This document shows, one piece after another, positions 31,768 to 41,263 of a stretch of 64,000 nucleotides of DNA; position 1 is the first letter of the stretch; the number at the start of each line of letters is the position of its first letter. The stretch comes from an uncultured Veillonella sp. (GTDB lineage: Bacteria; Bacillota; Negativicutes; Veillonellales; Veillonellaceae): NCBI GenBank assembly GCA_900556785.1, contig USQK01000001.1, forward strand, positions 2,415 through 66,414, written 5' to 3'. The notes beneath the pieces were generated by a model. It was given only the letters and a program-made list of their open reading frames with translations. It ran no database searches and had not been told where the DNA came from. The position numbers and the translations under genes were made by a program.

Positions 31768-32991
31768 ATGTATATGCATAGAAATGTGACAGATAAATTT
31801 ATAGGTACCGTAGTATCTTGTGACATTATAAGTACGGGTAGCTGGTATGGTGATTTATCAGATGGCGTTCCAAAGGAAGTGAAATTAAATCGTAAAGATT
31901 ACTATATTGAAGAGATACAACATATTTCTATTAAGGAAACCATTAGTGTTACCTATGGCATTAAATGGGAGCATATCTCGAAACCTGTAGAGGGTAAAAT
32001 AGAATCCTTAACTACTAAGGAGTACTCAATTGACGAATCTAAAAAACAATATCTATTAGAGCTTATGGGGCGTAGATTTTCTGATGATATTGACCTATAT
32101 GATGAGGATGAGTGTGCTGTCCAAGTGCAGCTCATCAACACTGAGAATCAGGAATTTATATATGAATTTCCTTTTAATAATACCCTGAGGGCCATGTCTA
32201 TACTATTCAGACAAATTCTGGGTATGTCTACATTACTTTTATTTGATGGAAATCGAGAAAAAGATAGAATTCAAGAGATACATATTGAAGTGCAAAAAAA
32301 TATGTACCAAGAATATGGTGATGTATATACATTGAATTTTAATTGGAATGAGCCGTCTATTTCCATTGATTGTAATAGTAAGCAATTTGGTCACTCTAGC
32401 CATAGTCATAGCGAGTATGTAGATAATCAAATGATTCATCAATTGAAGCAAGATATTGACTTTCACATTGGCGAAACGCTATATAGTCTAGATTCCTTTA
32501 GTCTTAGTGAAAGTCATGACCTTGATAGAGACCCTGCTCGTGGTGGTATAGTAACAGTACGTATTAAATGGGCGCATAAAGAGGATACATTGTTTATAGG
32601 GAATGTAACTAATCAGTATGTGCCCACTTGGTATAAAAATCTAATTAATTTTATACATGCTCATACAAGAGATAAATCTTTACAAGAGTTTTTACAATCA
32701 AATCATACATCTGATAGAAGAATTTATACGTATTGTTCTGTATATATTTTTAAGATAAACCAGGAATTTTATTATCGTACTGATAGAAATGATATATATG
32801 AAGGAGATATTGTAAAAGTTCCGTTTGGATCCGATAATGCGGTTCGTACTGGTCGTGTAGAATCTATTTCATATCATACGCGTTACGACGTACCTTATGA
32901 TTTGAAACGAACTAAATTTATTATAGATAAAGACATAGAAATTATTTATGATGCCAATCGTTATAGATATGATGATCCATATGATTTATAA
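31768..32991 (+). CDS. Hypothetical protein, 407 aa
   Basis: AGGAGG RBS; C-terminal YCSV...YYRTD...GDIVKVPFG small beta domain. Confidence 0.75.
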   Translation: MYMHRNVTDKFIGTVVSCDIISTGSWYGDLSDGVPKEVKLNRKDYYIEEIQHISIKETISVTYGIKWEHISKPVEGKIESLTTKEYSIDESKKQYLLELMGRRFSDDIDLYDEDECAVQVQLINTENQEFIYEFPFNNTLRAMSILFRQILGMSTLLLFDGNREKDRIQEIHIEVQKNMYQEYGDVYTLNFNWNEPSISIDCNSKQFGHSSHSHSEYVDNQMIHQLKQDIDFHIGETLYSLDSFSLSESHDLDRDPARGGIVTVRIKWAHKEDTLFIGNVTNQYVPTWYKNLINFIHAHTRDKSLQEFLQSNHTSDRRIYTYCSVYIFKINQEFYYRTDRNDIYEGDIVKVPFGSDNAVRTGRVESISYHTRYDVPYDLKRTKFIIDKDIEIIYDANRYRYDDPYDL

Positions 32992-33140
32992 GGCATCAAA
33001 ATAAGTGGTATTCTATATTTTGTACTTAAATATACTTAACTTATTACATGTCTAATCTCTGTCCTCTATAGAATATGTTGAAATAACTTGCTCATAGTGT
33101 TAAGATTATAGGTATATTAATAAGCATGGAGGTTATTGTT

Positions 33141-34163
33141 ATGAGCAAGAATATCGATTGGGATAATCTCGGTTTTGGTTATGTAGAAACCGACTACCGT
33201 TATTTGACTACATATAAAGATGGTAAATGGGACGAAGGTGGTCTAATTACTGATGCTAACGTTGTCCTTAATGAATGTGCTGGTGTATTCCAATACGCTC
33301 AAACTGTTTTTGAAGGTTTGAAAGCATACTATACAAAAGATGGTCACATCGTATGCTTCCGTCCAGATTTGAATGCAGAACGTTTGAATCAATCCTGTGA
33401 ACGCCTTGTAATGCCTACATTACCTGAAGGTCGTTTCCTCGAAGCTGTAAAAGAAGTTGTAAAAGCAAATAAAGACTTTGTTCCTCCATATGGTCATGGT
33501 GCAAGCCTTTATATTCGTCCTTACATGATGGGTACAAACTCCGTTATCGGTGTAAAACCTGCTGATGAATATCAATTCCGTGTGTTTACAACACCAGTAG
33601 GCCCTTACTTTAAAGGTGGTGCTAAACCAATCAAAATTCGTATTACTGATTTTGATCGTGCAGCTCCTCATGGTACTGGCCATATTAAAGCTGGTTTGAA
33701 TTATGCTATGAGTTTGTATGCTATCACTGATGCTCATAATGAAGGCTATGCAGAAAATATGTATCTTGATGCGGCTACTCGTACACATGTAGAAGAAACT
33801 GGTGGTGCTAACTTCATCTTTATTACTAAAGATGGTAAATTAGTTACACCTAAATCTGATAGTATCTTGCCATCCATTACACGTCGTTCTTTGATGTATG
33901 TAGCAGAACACTACCTTGGTATGACTGTAGAACATCGTCCTGTTCATAAAGATGAATTAAAAGACTTTGCTGAAATTGGTCTTTGTGGTACAGCGGCTGT
34001 TATTTCTCCAGTAGGTCAAATCGATACTCCAGAAGGCACTATTAATGTTCCTGCTGGCATGGATGATATGGGTCCTATCACTAAAAAATTATATGACACA
34101 TTACTTGGCATTCAACATGGTGAAATCGAAGCTCCTGAAGGCTGGGTAGTTAAAATTTGCTAA
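33141..34163 (+). CDS. ilvE: Branched-chain amino acid aminotransferase
   Basis: IDWDNLGF, FEGLKAY, LYIRP, KAGLNYA, EETGGAN, ILPSITR, GTAAVISP. Confidence 0.95.
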   Translation: MSKNIDWDNLGFGYVETDYRYLTTYKDGKWDEGGLITDANVVLNECAGVFQYAQTVFEGLKAYYTKDGHIVCFRPDLNAERLNQSCERLVMPTLPEGRFLEAVKEVVKANKDFVPPYGHGASLYIRPYMMGTNSVIGVKPADEYQFRVFTTPVGPYFKGGAKPIKIRITDFDRAAPHGTGHIKAGLNYAMSLYAITDAHNEGYAENMYLDAATRTHVEETGGANFIFITKDGKLVTPKSDSILPSITRRSLMYVAEHYLGMTVEHRPVHKDELKDFAEIGLCGTAAVISPVGQIDTPEGTINVPAGMDDMGPITKKLYDTLLGIQHGEIEAPEGWVVKIC

Positions 34164-34212
34164 TTATTTAACTATGCAAATATGATTTAATTATGCAAAC
34201 ATGAAAGTATAT

Positions 34213-34248
34213 AAAAACGGCATCTACCGTATGATAGATGCCGTTTTT
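34213..34248. terminator. Bidirectional intrinsic terminator
   Basis: AAAAACGGCATCTA...TAGATGCCGTTTTT between convergent genes. Confidence 0.85.
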
Positions 34249-34307
34249 TATTCTGCTAAAGATATTAGTAAACTAATGATTTTGATTGATAAATATTCTA
34301 GCTATAT

Positions 34308-34700
34308 TTAGTTAGCGTTTGCTCTACTATGCACTTTAGCCATAAATTTTTCGTTGTTAATGACAAAGCGTTCATGTGTACCACGACCGATAATACCAAT
34401 GCCATCAGAAGCTTCGATATCGAATGTGATTTTGCGACCTTCTACGGCGCTTACAATAGCTTTTGCTGTTACTGTTGCACCAAGTGGAGTAGGGGCTTCA
34501 TGGGTGATGGATAAAGCAATACCTACAGTGCCTTCACCTTCTTCTAAGTATGGTTGTACTGCTGCTTGAGCCGCTTCTTCCATTAAAGCGCACATGGCTG
34601 GTGTGGCAAAGACATCTAAAGAACCAGATTTCATTGTTTTAGCAATATTAGATTCTGTAACTGTTACAGTAGCCGTAGCTGTTTGACCTGCTGATACCAT
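34308..34700 (-). CDS. Hot-dog fold thioesterase (FlK-like)
   Basis: VFATPAM.ALME, TVG....H.APTP.G, G.HERF. Confidence 0.9.
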   Translation of the reverse strand: MVSAGQTATATVTVTESNIAKTMKSGSLDVFATPAMCALMEEAAQAAVQPYLEEGEGTVGIALSITHEAPTPLGATVTAKAIVSAVEGRKITFDIEASDGIGIIGRGTHERFVINNEKFMAKVHSRANAN

Positions 34701-34940
34701 ATTATACCTTCTTTCATTAAGAAAATTCTCGTTATAATAGTATTATACATCTTTCGATAATTTTTATGCTAATGTAATGATACATATTTTATAGATATAT
34801 GTATACACCTCTAATGCTATATCGGTTATCAATTTTAAATATATTAAAAAAGCTATTCAAATTAAAGAAATGTAACTAGTTATAACTGTTCTATAGAATA
34901 CGTGATATAATGAAGCTAGTCTTTTTTATACGAGGTATAT

Positions 34941-35678
34941 ATGAGTAAAAGAAATTTAAAACCTTCTGGTGAAGGTTGGGTACAGTTAATAGCAGGCATA
35001 GGTTTTATTGTTTTATTAATTATTATAAATATTGTAGATCCTACATTTTATCCGACCATGTGGCACTTAGCAACAAGTGGCTCTATGGAAGAGGTAGCGG
35101 AGTATATTCAAAGTTTTGGCCCTATGGCCATGTTGGTGAGTATGGTCCTCGATATTTTTGTTAACGCCGTAGGCTTTTTACCGTCAATTTTCATATCTAC
35201 AGCTAATGGTTTAGTATTTGGTATGTGGCCAGGGATCATTATTTCTTGGTTGGCTGAAACAATTGGTGTAGTCATTAGCTTTTATATTATGCGTTACTTC
35301 TTACGTGATACAGCGGACAAGTTGATTGCTAAGAGTACGGTATTGATGAAAGTAGATGATTTTTCCGGTAAAAATGGTTTTGTGGTCATGTTATTTGCAC
35401 GATCCTTACCATACTTTCCATCTGGTGTTATCACAGCACTTGGTGCCATTAGTAAAATCAAACCGAGAGACTATATATTAGCGAATTTAATCGGGAAATT
35501 TCCATCTACAGCTCTTGAAGTAGCTATCGGTACAGATATCGTAAATTTCCAAGAGAATATGGGGCGATTAGGAATCATCGTAGTTGTTGCAGGTATTGTA
35601 TACTTCATTCTTTGGAAAGTATATAAGAACTACATCAATAAGAAAAATGCTGAACAAGAGCACGATCCTAATGCTTAA
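34941..35678 (+). CDS. TVP38/TMEM64 (DedA/VTT) membrane protein
   Basis: LPS......NG.VFG, ARSLPYFPS, several TM segments. Confidence 0.85.
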   Translation: MSKRNLKPSGEGWVQLIAGIGFIVLLIIINIVDPTFYPTMWHLATSGSMEEVAEYIQSFGPMAMLVSMVLDIFVNAVGFLPSIFISTANGLVFGMWPGIIISWLAETIGVVISFYIMRYFLRDTADKLIAKSTVLMKVDDFSGKNGFVVMLFARSLPYFPSGVITALGAISKIKPRDYILANLIGKFPSTALEVAIGTDIVNFQENMGRLGIIVVVAGIVYFILWKVYKNYINKKNAEQEHDPNA

Positions 35679-35734
35679 CAATCTCTAATTAATTAAATGT
35701 TATTCAATTTAGTATATATGAAAGAGGCGATAGT

Positions 35735-36928
35735 ATGAGTTTTTCTCTTCCTGAACGGGTGACCTTAAAAGGTCCTAATTTTATTCGTGAAGTATTTGAA
35801 CGTGGTGTAGGGGTAGAAGGTTTTATTAGCTTTGGTATTGGCAATCCTGCACCAGAAGCCATTCCTGTTGAGGTTATTGAAAAGGCTTTTGATGAAGTGG
35901 TTCACTCTAATCCCATGAGTCTTTTACAATATGGACCAATGCAAGGGGATGCACGTTTAGCAGAATTGACATTAGAGCGTCTTGTAAAAACACATAAGAT
36001 GAATCCAGAAGGACAAGGTCTTATAATCTCCAATGGTGCTGGTCAGCTATTAGGCCTTGTACCAATTACCGTATTGGAACCTGGCGATGAAGTATACATG
36101 GATGAATTTACTTTTACTAGTGCTATCAATTCTGTACGCAATATGGGTGGTAAAGCATTAGGTATTAAGACTGATGAGTATGGCATGATTCCTAGTGAAT
36201 TAGAAAAAGCTGCTCAATCTGGTAAAGGTAAATATATTTATCTCATTCCTAACTTCCAAAATCCAACAGGTATTACGATGCCGTTGGAACGCCGTAAAGA
36301 AATTTACGCTATTGCCTCTAAATATGATTTGTTTATCTATGAAGATGATCCATACGGTGAGATTCGCTTTGCTGGTGAGTATATTCCAACATTTAAATCC
36401 TTTGATACAGAAAATCGTGTTCTCTATGCAGGTTCATATTCCAAGACATTATCTGCAGGTTTGCGCGTAGGTTTCCTATTTGGCCCAGCGAAGGTAATAG
36501 AAACTATTCAAGCATTAAAAAATAATACAGCAGGGCAAATGCCACTAGTTACACAAAAGGTTGTAGCTAACGTATTGGATTCAATCGATTACGATGAGCA
36601 TTTAGATAATGTGCGCAAAGTATATAAAATGAAATGCGATGCTTTACTTAACGCTTTTGACAAGTATGCGAGTTCTAAAGTTCATTTAACTAAGCCTACA
36701 GGAGGTATGTTTGCATGGATGACTATGCCAGCTGAAGTTAACTGTGATGACTTCTTCGAAGCATGTATGGACAGAAATGTAGGGATTATTAAGTGTGGCG
36801 CCTTTGCGGCTGATGGAGCAGGGGAAGGACATGCATTCCGTTTGAGCTATACTGTACCAACAGTAGAAGAAATTACAAAGGGCATGGAAATTCTTGGAGC
36901 TTTAACTAAAGAATTCTGTGGTGAGTAA
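35735..36928 (+). CDS. PLP-dependent class I/II aminotransferase
   Basis: PNFQNPTG, YEDDPYG, SYSKTLSAGLRVG. Confidence 0.92.
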   Translation: MSFSLPERVTLKGPNFIREVFERGVGVEGFISFGIGNPAPEAIPVEVIEKAFDEVVHSNPMSLLQYGPMQGDARLAELTLERLVKTHKMNPEGQGLIISNGAGQLLGLVPITVLEPGDEVYMDEFTFTSAINSVRNMGGKALGIKTDEYGMIPSELEKAAQSGKGKYIYLIPNFQNPTGITMPLERRKEIYAIASKYDLFIYEDDPYGEIRFAGEYIPTFKSFDTENRVLYAGSYSKTLSAGLRVGFLFGPAKVIETIQALKNNTAGQMPLVTQKVVANVLDSIDYDEHLDNVRKVYKMKCDALLNAFDKYASSKVHLTKPTGGMFAWMTMPAEVNCDDFFEACMDRNVGIIKCGAFAADGAGEGHAFRLSYTVPTVEEITKGMEILGALTKEFCGE

Positions 36929-37051
36929 TATATTGATAAAGTTTGATATGACATGATACAATGTAACAGTAGATACATTGTATCTACCATATAGAAAAAA
37001 AGTTTTACATATAGATGTGAGGTAGTTCCTCAAAGAAAGTAGGTGTTTACT

Positions 37052-37861
37052 ATGGGTTGCGGTAGCAGCAGTGATTCTGGTTGCGGTGGCGGCGCTCCTC
37101 AACAACCTCAAGATCTTACAGCTCCATTACACGAGCTTAGTTCTGTTAAACATGTAATCGGCGTAGTATCTGGTAAAGGTGGCGTAGGTAAATCCTCCGT
37201 TACAAGCTTAATGGCCATTACTATGGCGCGTAAAGGTTACAAAGTTGGTATCCTCGATGCGGATATTACAGGTCCTTCAATTCCTAAGATGTTCGGCATC
37301 AAGGAAAAAGCATATGCTGACGAAATTGGTATGTATCCGGTAAAATCCAAAGGCGGTATTGACGTTATGTCTGTTAACCTTCTTTTGGAAAACGATACAG
37401 ATCCTGTTTTATGGCGTGGTCCTATTTTGGGCAATGTTGTAAAACAATTCTATAGTGATGTTATTTGGAAAGACATCGATTATTTATTCGTTGATATGCC
37501 ACCAGGAACAGGTGACGTAGCAATTACTGTATATCAATCCTTAAAATTGGATGGGATCATCATTGTTACATCTCCTCAAGACTTGGTATCCATGATTGTT
37601 GAAAAAGCAGTAAAAATGGCTGATTTAATGCAAGTGCCTATTATTGGTGTAGTGGAAAACTACTCTTACTTCCATTGCCCAGATAACGGTAAGGATTACC
37701 AAATCTTTGGTGAAAGCCACATTGAAGAAATCCTTCAAAAATACGGTCTATTATTGTTGAACCGTTTACCAATTGATCCAACTATTGCAAATCTTTGCGA
37801 CCAAGGTGATATTGAGTCTATCGAAAAAACAAACTTAGAGAACGTATCTCTACCTGAATAG
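37052..37861 (+). CDS. Mrp/NBP35 (ApbC) Fe-S carrier ATPase
   Basis: SGKGGVGKS, DADITGPS, DMPPGTGD, GVVEN. Confidence 0.93.
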   Translation: MGCGSSSDSGCGGGAPQQPQDLTAPLHELSSVKHVIGVVSGKGGVGKSSVTSLMAITMARKGYKVGILDADITGPSIPKMFGIKEKAYADEIGMYPVKSKGGIDVMSVNLLLENDTDPVLWRGPILGNVVKQFYSDVIWKDIDYLFVDMPPGTGDVAITVYQSLKLDGIIIVTSPQDLVSMIVEKAVKMADLMQVPIIGVVENYSYFHCPDNGKDYQIFGESHIEEILQKYGLLLLNRLPIDPTIANLCDQGDIESIEKTNLENVSLPE

Positions 37862-37877
37862 GATTTATATGATGATG

Positions 37878-37912
37878 AAAGCTGTGCATACCTCGGGATG
37901 CACAGCTTTTTT
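37878..37912 (+). terminator. Intrinsic terminator
   Basis: AAAGCTGTGCAT...ATGCACAGCTTT followed by T. Confidence 0.85.
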
Positions 37913-37998
37913 TCACATCTTTTTATCTTGTAATATATTATATTTATGATAAGAGGATATAAATATATTTTAGTTTTTCCTATGTAGGAGGTATGTGT

Positions 37999-39399
37999 AT
38001 GAAAAAACTATTAAACTGGATTATTCCAGCGGTCTTTGGTATAGGCCTATGGTTTATTCCGACGCCAGAGGGTTTAACACCTCAATCTTGGCATTTATTC
38101 GCCATCTTTGTTGCTACTATCGTAGGCTTTATTACTCAGCCATTACCGATTGGTGGCGTATCTATCATTGTAATTACTGTGGCGGCTTTGACTGGTACTT
38201 TGAAAATCGGCGAAGCTATCTCTGGTTTTGCTAACTCTGCTATTTGGTTAATCGTAGGTGCGTTCTTATTCTCTCGTGGCTTTATTAAAACTGGTTTGGG
38301 GAAACGTATTGCGTATAATTTGATTGCTGCTTTTGGTAGTAGCTCCTTACGTTTGGCTTATGCATTAGCATTATCTGATTTAATTTTGGCTCCAGCAACT
38401 CCATCTAATACAGCTCGTGTAGGTGGTGTTATCATGCCAATTACTACCAGCTTGGCAAAAGCTTTCGGTTCTGAACCTCAAGATGGACCTCGTAAAATTG
38501 GTTCCTTCTTGATGCAATCCATTTACCAAGTTAATACGATTACATCTGCTATGTTCCAAACATCCATGGCTGGTAACACATTGGTTGCAGCATTAGCGCT
38601 TCAATCATTTGGTATCGGCATCACATGGGGTGATTGGGCTATGGCTGCCATCGTGCCAGGTATAATTGCATTGATCATTATGCCGTACTTTATTTACAAA
38701 GTATATCCACCTGAAATTACAGATGCTCGCGAAGCACAACAAATGATTAAAGAAGAGTTAAAAGGCCTTGGTAAAATGTCTTTCCAAGAATGGGTTATGC
38801 TAGGCGTATTCGTTTTAGCTTTAGTGTTATGGGCTACCTCTCAATTCACAAAGATTGATGCTACAACTGTTGCATTCTTGGGCATTTCTATTTTGCTTGC
38901 TACTAGCGTTCTTGTTTGGGACGATGTTAAAAGTGAAAAAGGTGCTTGGGATACATTAGTTTGGATGGGTACATTAATGGGCTTTGCTGGTTTCTTATCC
39001 AAATTGGGCTTTATTAAATGGGCAACAGTACTTGTAGGCGGTTATATTCCAGAAGGATCTTGGATTATTGCCTTCGTTATAGCTGTACTTATTAATACAT
39101 ATTCCCACTATGTATTCGCATCTTTAACTGCACATATTTCTGCAATGTTCGTAGCATTCTCTGCAATTGCTATCTCTGCAGGTGCACCACCAATGTTGAC
39201 ATTGTTGATGATTGCATTCACATCTAACTTGTGTATGTCTTTGACTCACTATGCTGCAGGTCCATCTCCAGTAATCTATAATACTGGGTATGTTTCTCAA
39301 AATACATGGTGGAAACTTGGTTTCTTCACATCTATAATCAACTTAATTATCTTCATGGGGCTTGGCTCTGTATGGATGAAGTTAATTGGTATGTGGTAA
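37999..39399 (+). CDS. DASS family di/tricarboxylate (anion) transporter
   Basis: TGLGKRIA, PATPSNTAR.GG, LTHYAAGP, WWKLG. Confidence 0.92.
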   Translation: MKKLLNWIIPAVFGIGLWFIPTPEGLTPQSWHLFAIFVATIVGFITQPLPIGGVSIIVITVAALTGTLKIGEAISGFANSAIWLIVGAFLFSRGFIKTGLGKRIAYNLIAAFGSSSLRLAYALALSDLILAPATPSNTARVGGVIMPITTSLAKAFGSEPQDGPRKIGSFLMQSIYQVNTITSAMFQTSMAGNTLVAALALQSFGIGITWGDWAMAAIVPGIIALIIMPYFIYKVYPPEITDAREAQQMIKEELKGLGKMSFQEWVMLGVFVLALVLWATSQFTKIDATTVAFLGISILLATSVLVWDDVKSEKGAWDTLVWMGTLMGFAGFLSKLGFIKWATVLVGGYIPEGSWIIAFVIAVLINTYSHYVFASLTAHISAMFVAFSAIAISAGAPPMLTLLMIAFTSNLCMSLTHYAAGPSPVIYNTGYVSQNTWWKLGFFTSIINLIIFMGLGSVWMKLIGMW

Positions 39400-39485
39400 A
39401 ATCCATTACTGACAATTTTATAGGATTGTAATGCATGCACTTTAATTTTTTTAGACTTAGTGTACTATGCATTTATATCGTATAT

Positions 39486-39515
39486 AAAAAGCCGTCCCGA
39501 TAGGGGCGGCTTTTT
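39486..39515 (+). terminator. Intrinsic terminator
   Basis: AAAAAGCCGTCCC-GATA-GGGGCGGCTTTTT. Confidence 0.85.
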
Positions 39516-39632
39516 GTGATAAAATATGAGTAGTTAATAGATAATTAATGTAAATATTGTAAAATAATATACATAATAAATTATTCAAGCTAATTGTACA
39601 AATTTTATATGATTTGTGTATAGGAGGGACCT

Positions 39633-40982
39633 ATGAAGTTTGATAATGAACAATTATTAAAGTATATTGGCGCTTGTACATCTCCGTATCACACAGTAGA
39701 TACGAGTTTACAAATGCTTTTGGACTCAGGATTTACAGAGCTCAGTTTAGAAGATGAGTGGCAGTTAGACTCTGGTTCTTATGTAGTTAACGTGTTCGGC
39801 ACCACCTTATTTGCCTTTCATATAGGAAAGAAACCAGAACATACATTACGTATTGCGTCGGCTCATACAGATTTTCCTGCTATTCGTGTTAAACCAAACC
39901 CTATAACCTCTGTGAAAGGATACACAAAGTTAAATGTAGAAATGTATGGCGGTCTTATAGAAAATACATGGCTTGATCGTCCATTAGGTGCAGCAGGTAC
40001 GGTTGTGTTAAAAGGGAAAAATGCCTTTGACGTAGATTCTGTTCTAGTCGATACGAAACGGCCTATCGCTATTGTTCCAAATCTAGCCATTCATATGAAT
40101 CGTTCTGTTAATGATGGGGTTAAACTAAATCGTCAAAAAGAAATGCTTCCTATATTGACGATGGAACGTAATAATGAAGATAATCCTACAAAACTTTTAA
40201 ATAATAGAAATAATCCAAGTTTATTCCCAGAATCAGATACTCAATACGATGAGTGGACAAAGTTTTTAGCTGATGAAGTAGATTGCGATCCTTCCGAAAT
40301 ATTATCTTATGAAATGACGTTATATCCTACAGAACAAGGCTGTTTACTCGGTACGGAAGGTGACTTCATTAGCTCACCTCGTTTAGATAATTTAACATCT
40401 TGCTTTGGTGTATTATCTGGTATTATTCAAGCTCGAAAAACGAATGTCAATGGTGTTCGTTGTGCTATACTCTTTGATAACGAAGAGGTGGGCAGTCGTA
40501 CAAAACAAGGTGGGGCGGGTATGATATTACCAAATCTCATTAAACGCGTGTATGACGCATTAGGATATTCTAATCAAGAGATGGACAGTTTTATTTCTAA
40601 AGGTTTTATGATTTCCTCCGATGTGGCTCACGGATTACATCCAAACTATCCAGAGAAAAATGATATTACGAATATTCCTGTACTTAATAAAGGGCTATCC
40701 CTTAAGATTGCATGTAGCCAATCTTACGCTGGGGATGCTAAGGCCATTGCTATCGTTAAAGGCCTTTGTGAAGAAGCGGATGCACAGTATCAGATTTATG
40801 TAAATCGTTCGGATATTCCAGGTGGATCTACAGTAGGTTCCATTTCATCAGCTATGTTACCAATGCGTACTATTGATGTAGGCTTGCCTCTTTTAGCAAT
40901 GCATTCAGCTAGAGAATTGATGGGGGCAGCTGATCAAGAGCAATTAAATCGATTAATGAATCATTTTCTAGGTGGTAAGTAA
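39633..40982 (+). CDS. M18 family aspartyl aminopeptidase
   Basis: AHTDFP, LAIHMNR, RLDNL, DNEEVGS, DVAHG.HPN, AMHSARE. Confidence 0.92.
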   Translation: MKFDNEQLLKYIGACTSPYHTVDTSLQMLLDSGFTELSLEDEWQLDSGSYVVNVFGTTLFAFHIGKKPEHTLRIASAHTDFPAIRVKPNPITSVKGYTKLNVEMYGGLIENTWLDRPLGAAGTVVLKGKNAFDVDSVLVDTKRPIAIVPNLAIHMNRSVNDGVKLNRQKEMLPILTMERNNEDNPTKLLNNRNNPSLFPESDTQYDEWTKFLADEVDCDPSEILSYEMTLYPTEQGCLLGTEGDFISSPRLDNLTSCFGVLSGIIQARKTNVNGVRCAILFDNEEVGSRTKQGGAGMILPNLIKRVYDALGYSNQEMDSFISKGFMISSDVAHGLHPNYPEKNDITNIPVLNKGLSLKIACSQSYAGDAKAIAIVKGLCEEADAQYQIYVNRSDIPGGSTVGSISSAMLPMRTIDVGLPLLAMHSARELMGAADQEQLNRLMNHFLGGK

Positions 40983-41263
40983 TATAAAATGGAATTTATT
41001 CGATGTGCATTATTGAAAGACATATGATTTTTTGTAATGAACAGTAAAAAATATATTTTATACTTTCATAATTGGTATAATCCTTTAAATATAATGAAAA
41101 TATTGTATAATAAGTATATATTATTATGAATATAAAACCTCATCATAAATTTTGATGAGGCTTTCCTCAATATTGATTTATCTATAAGTATAGGAAATAT
41201 TCATATATTAATAAAAATGAAAGCTGATAGTTCACATTTGTGGAAGCTAGTAGGAGGCAATAC

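Noticed and set aside
15460..33100. Intact prophage, ICE or IS element
   Set aside because: No integrase, transposase, relaxase, phage structural gene or terminal repeats found.
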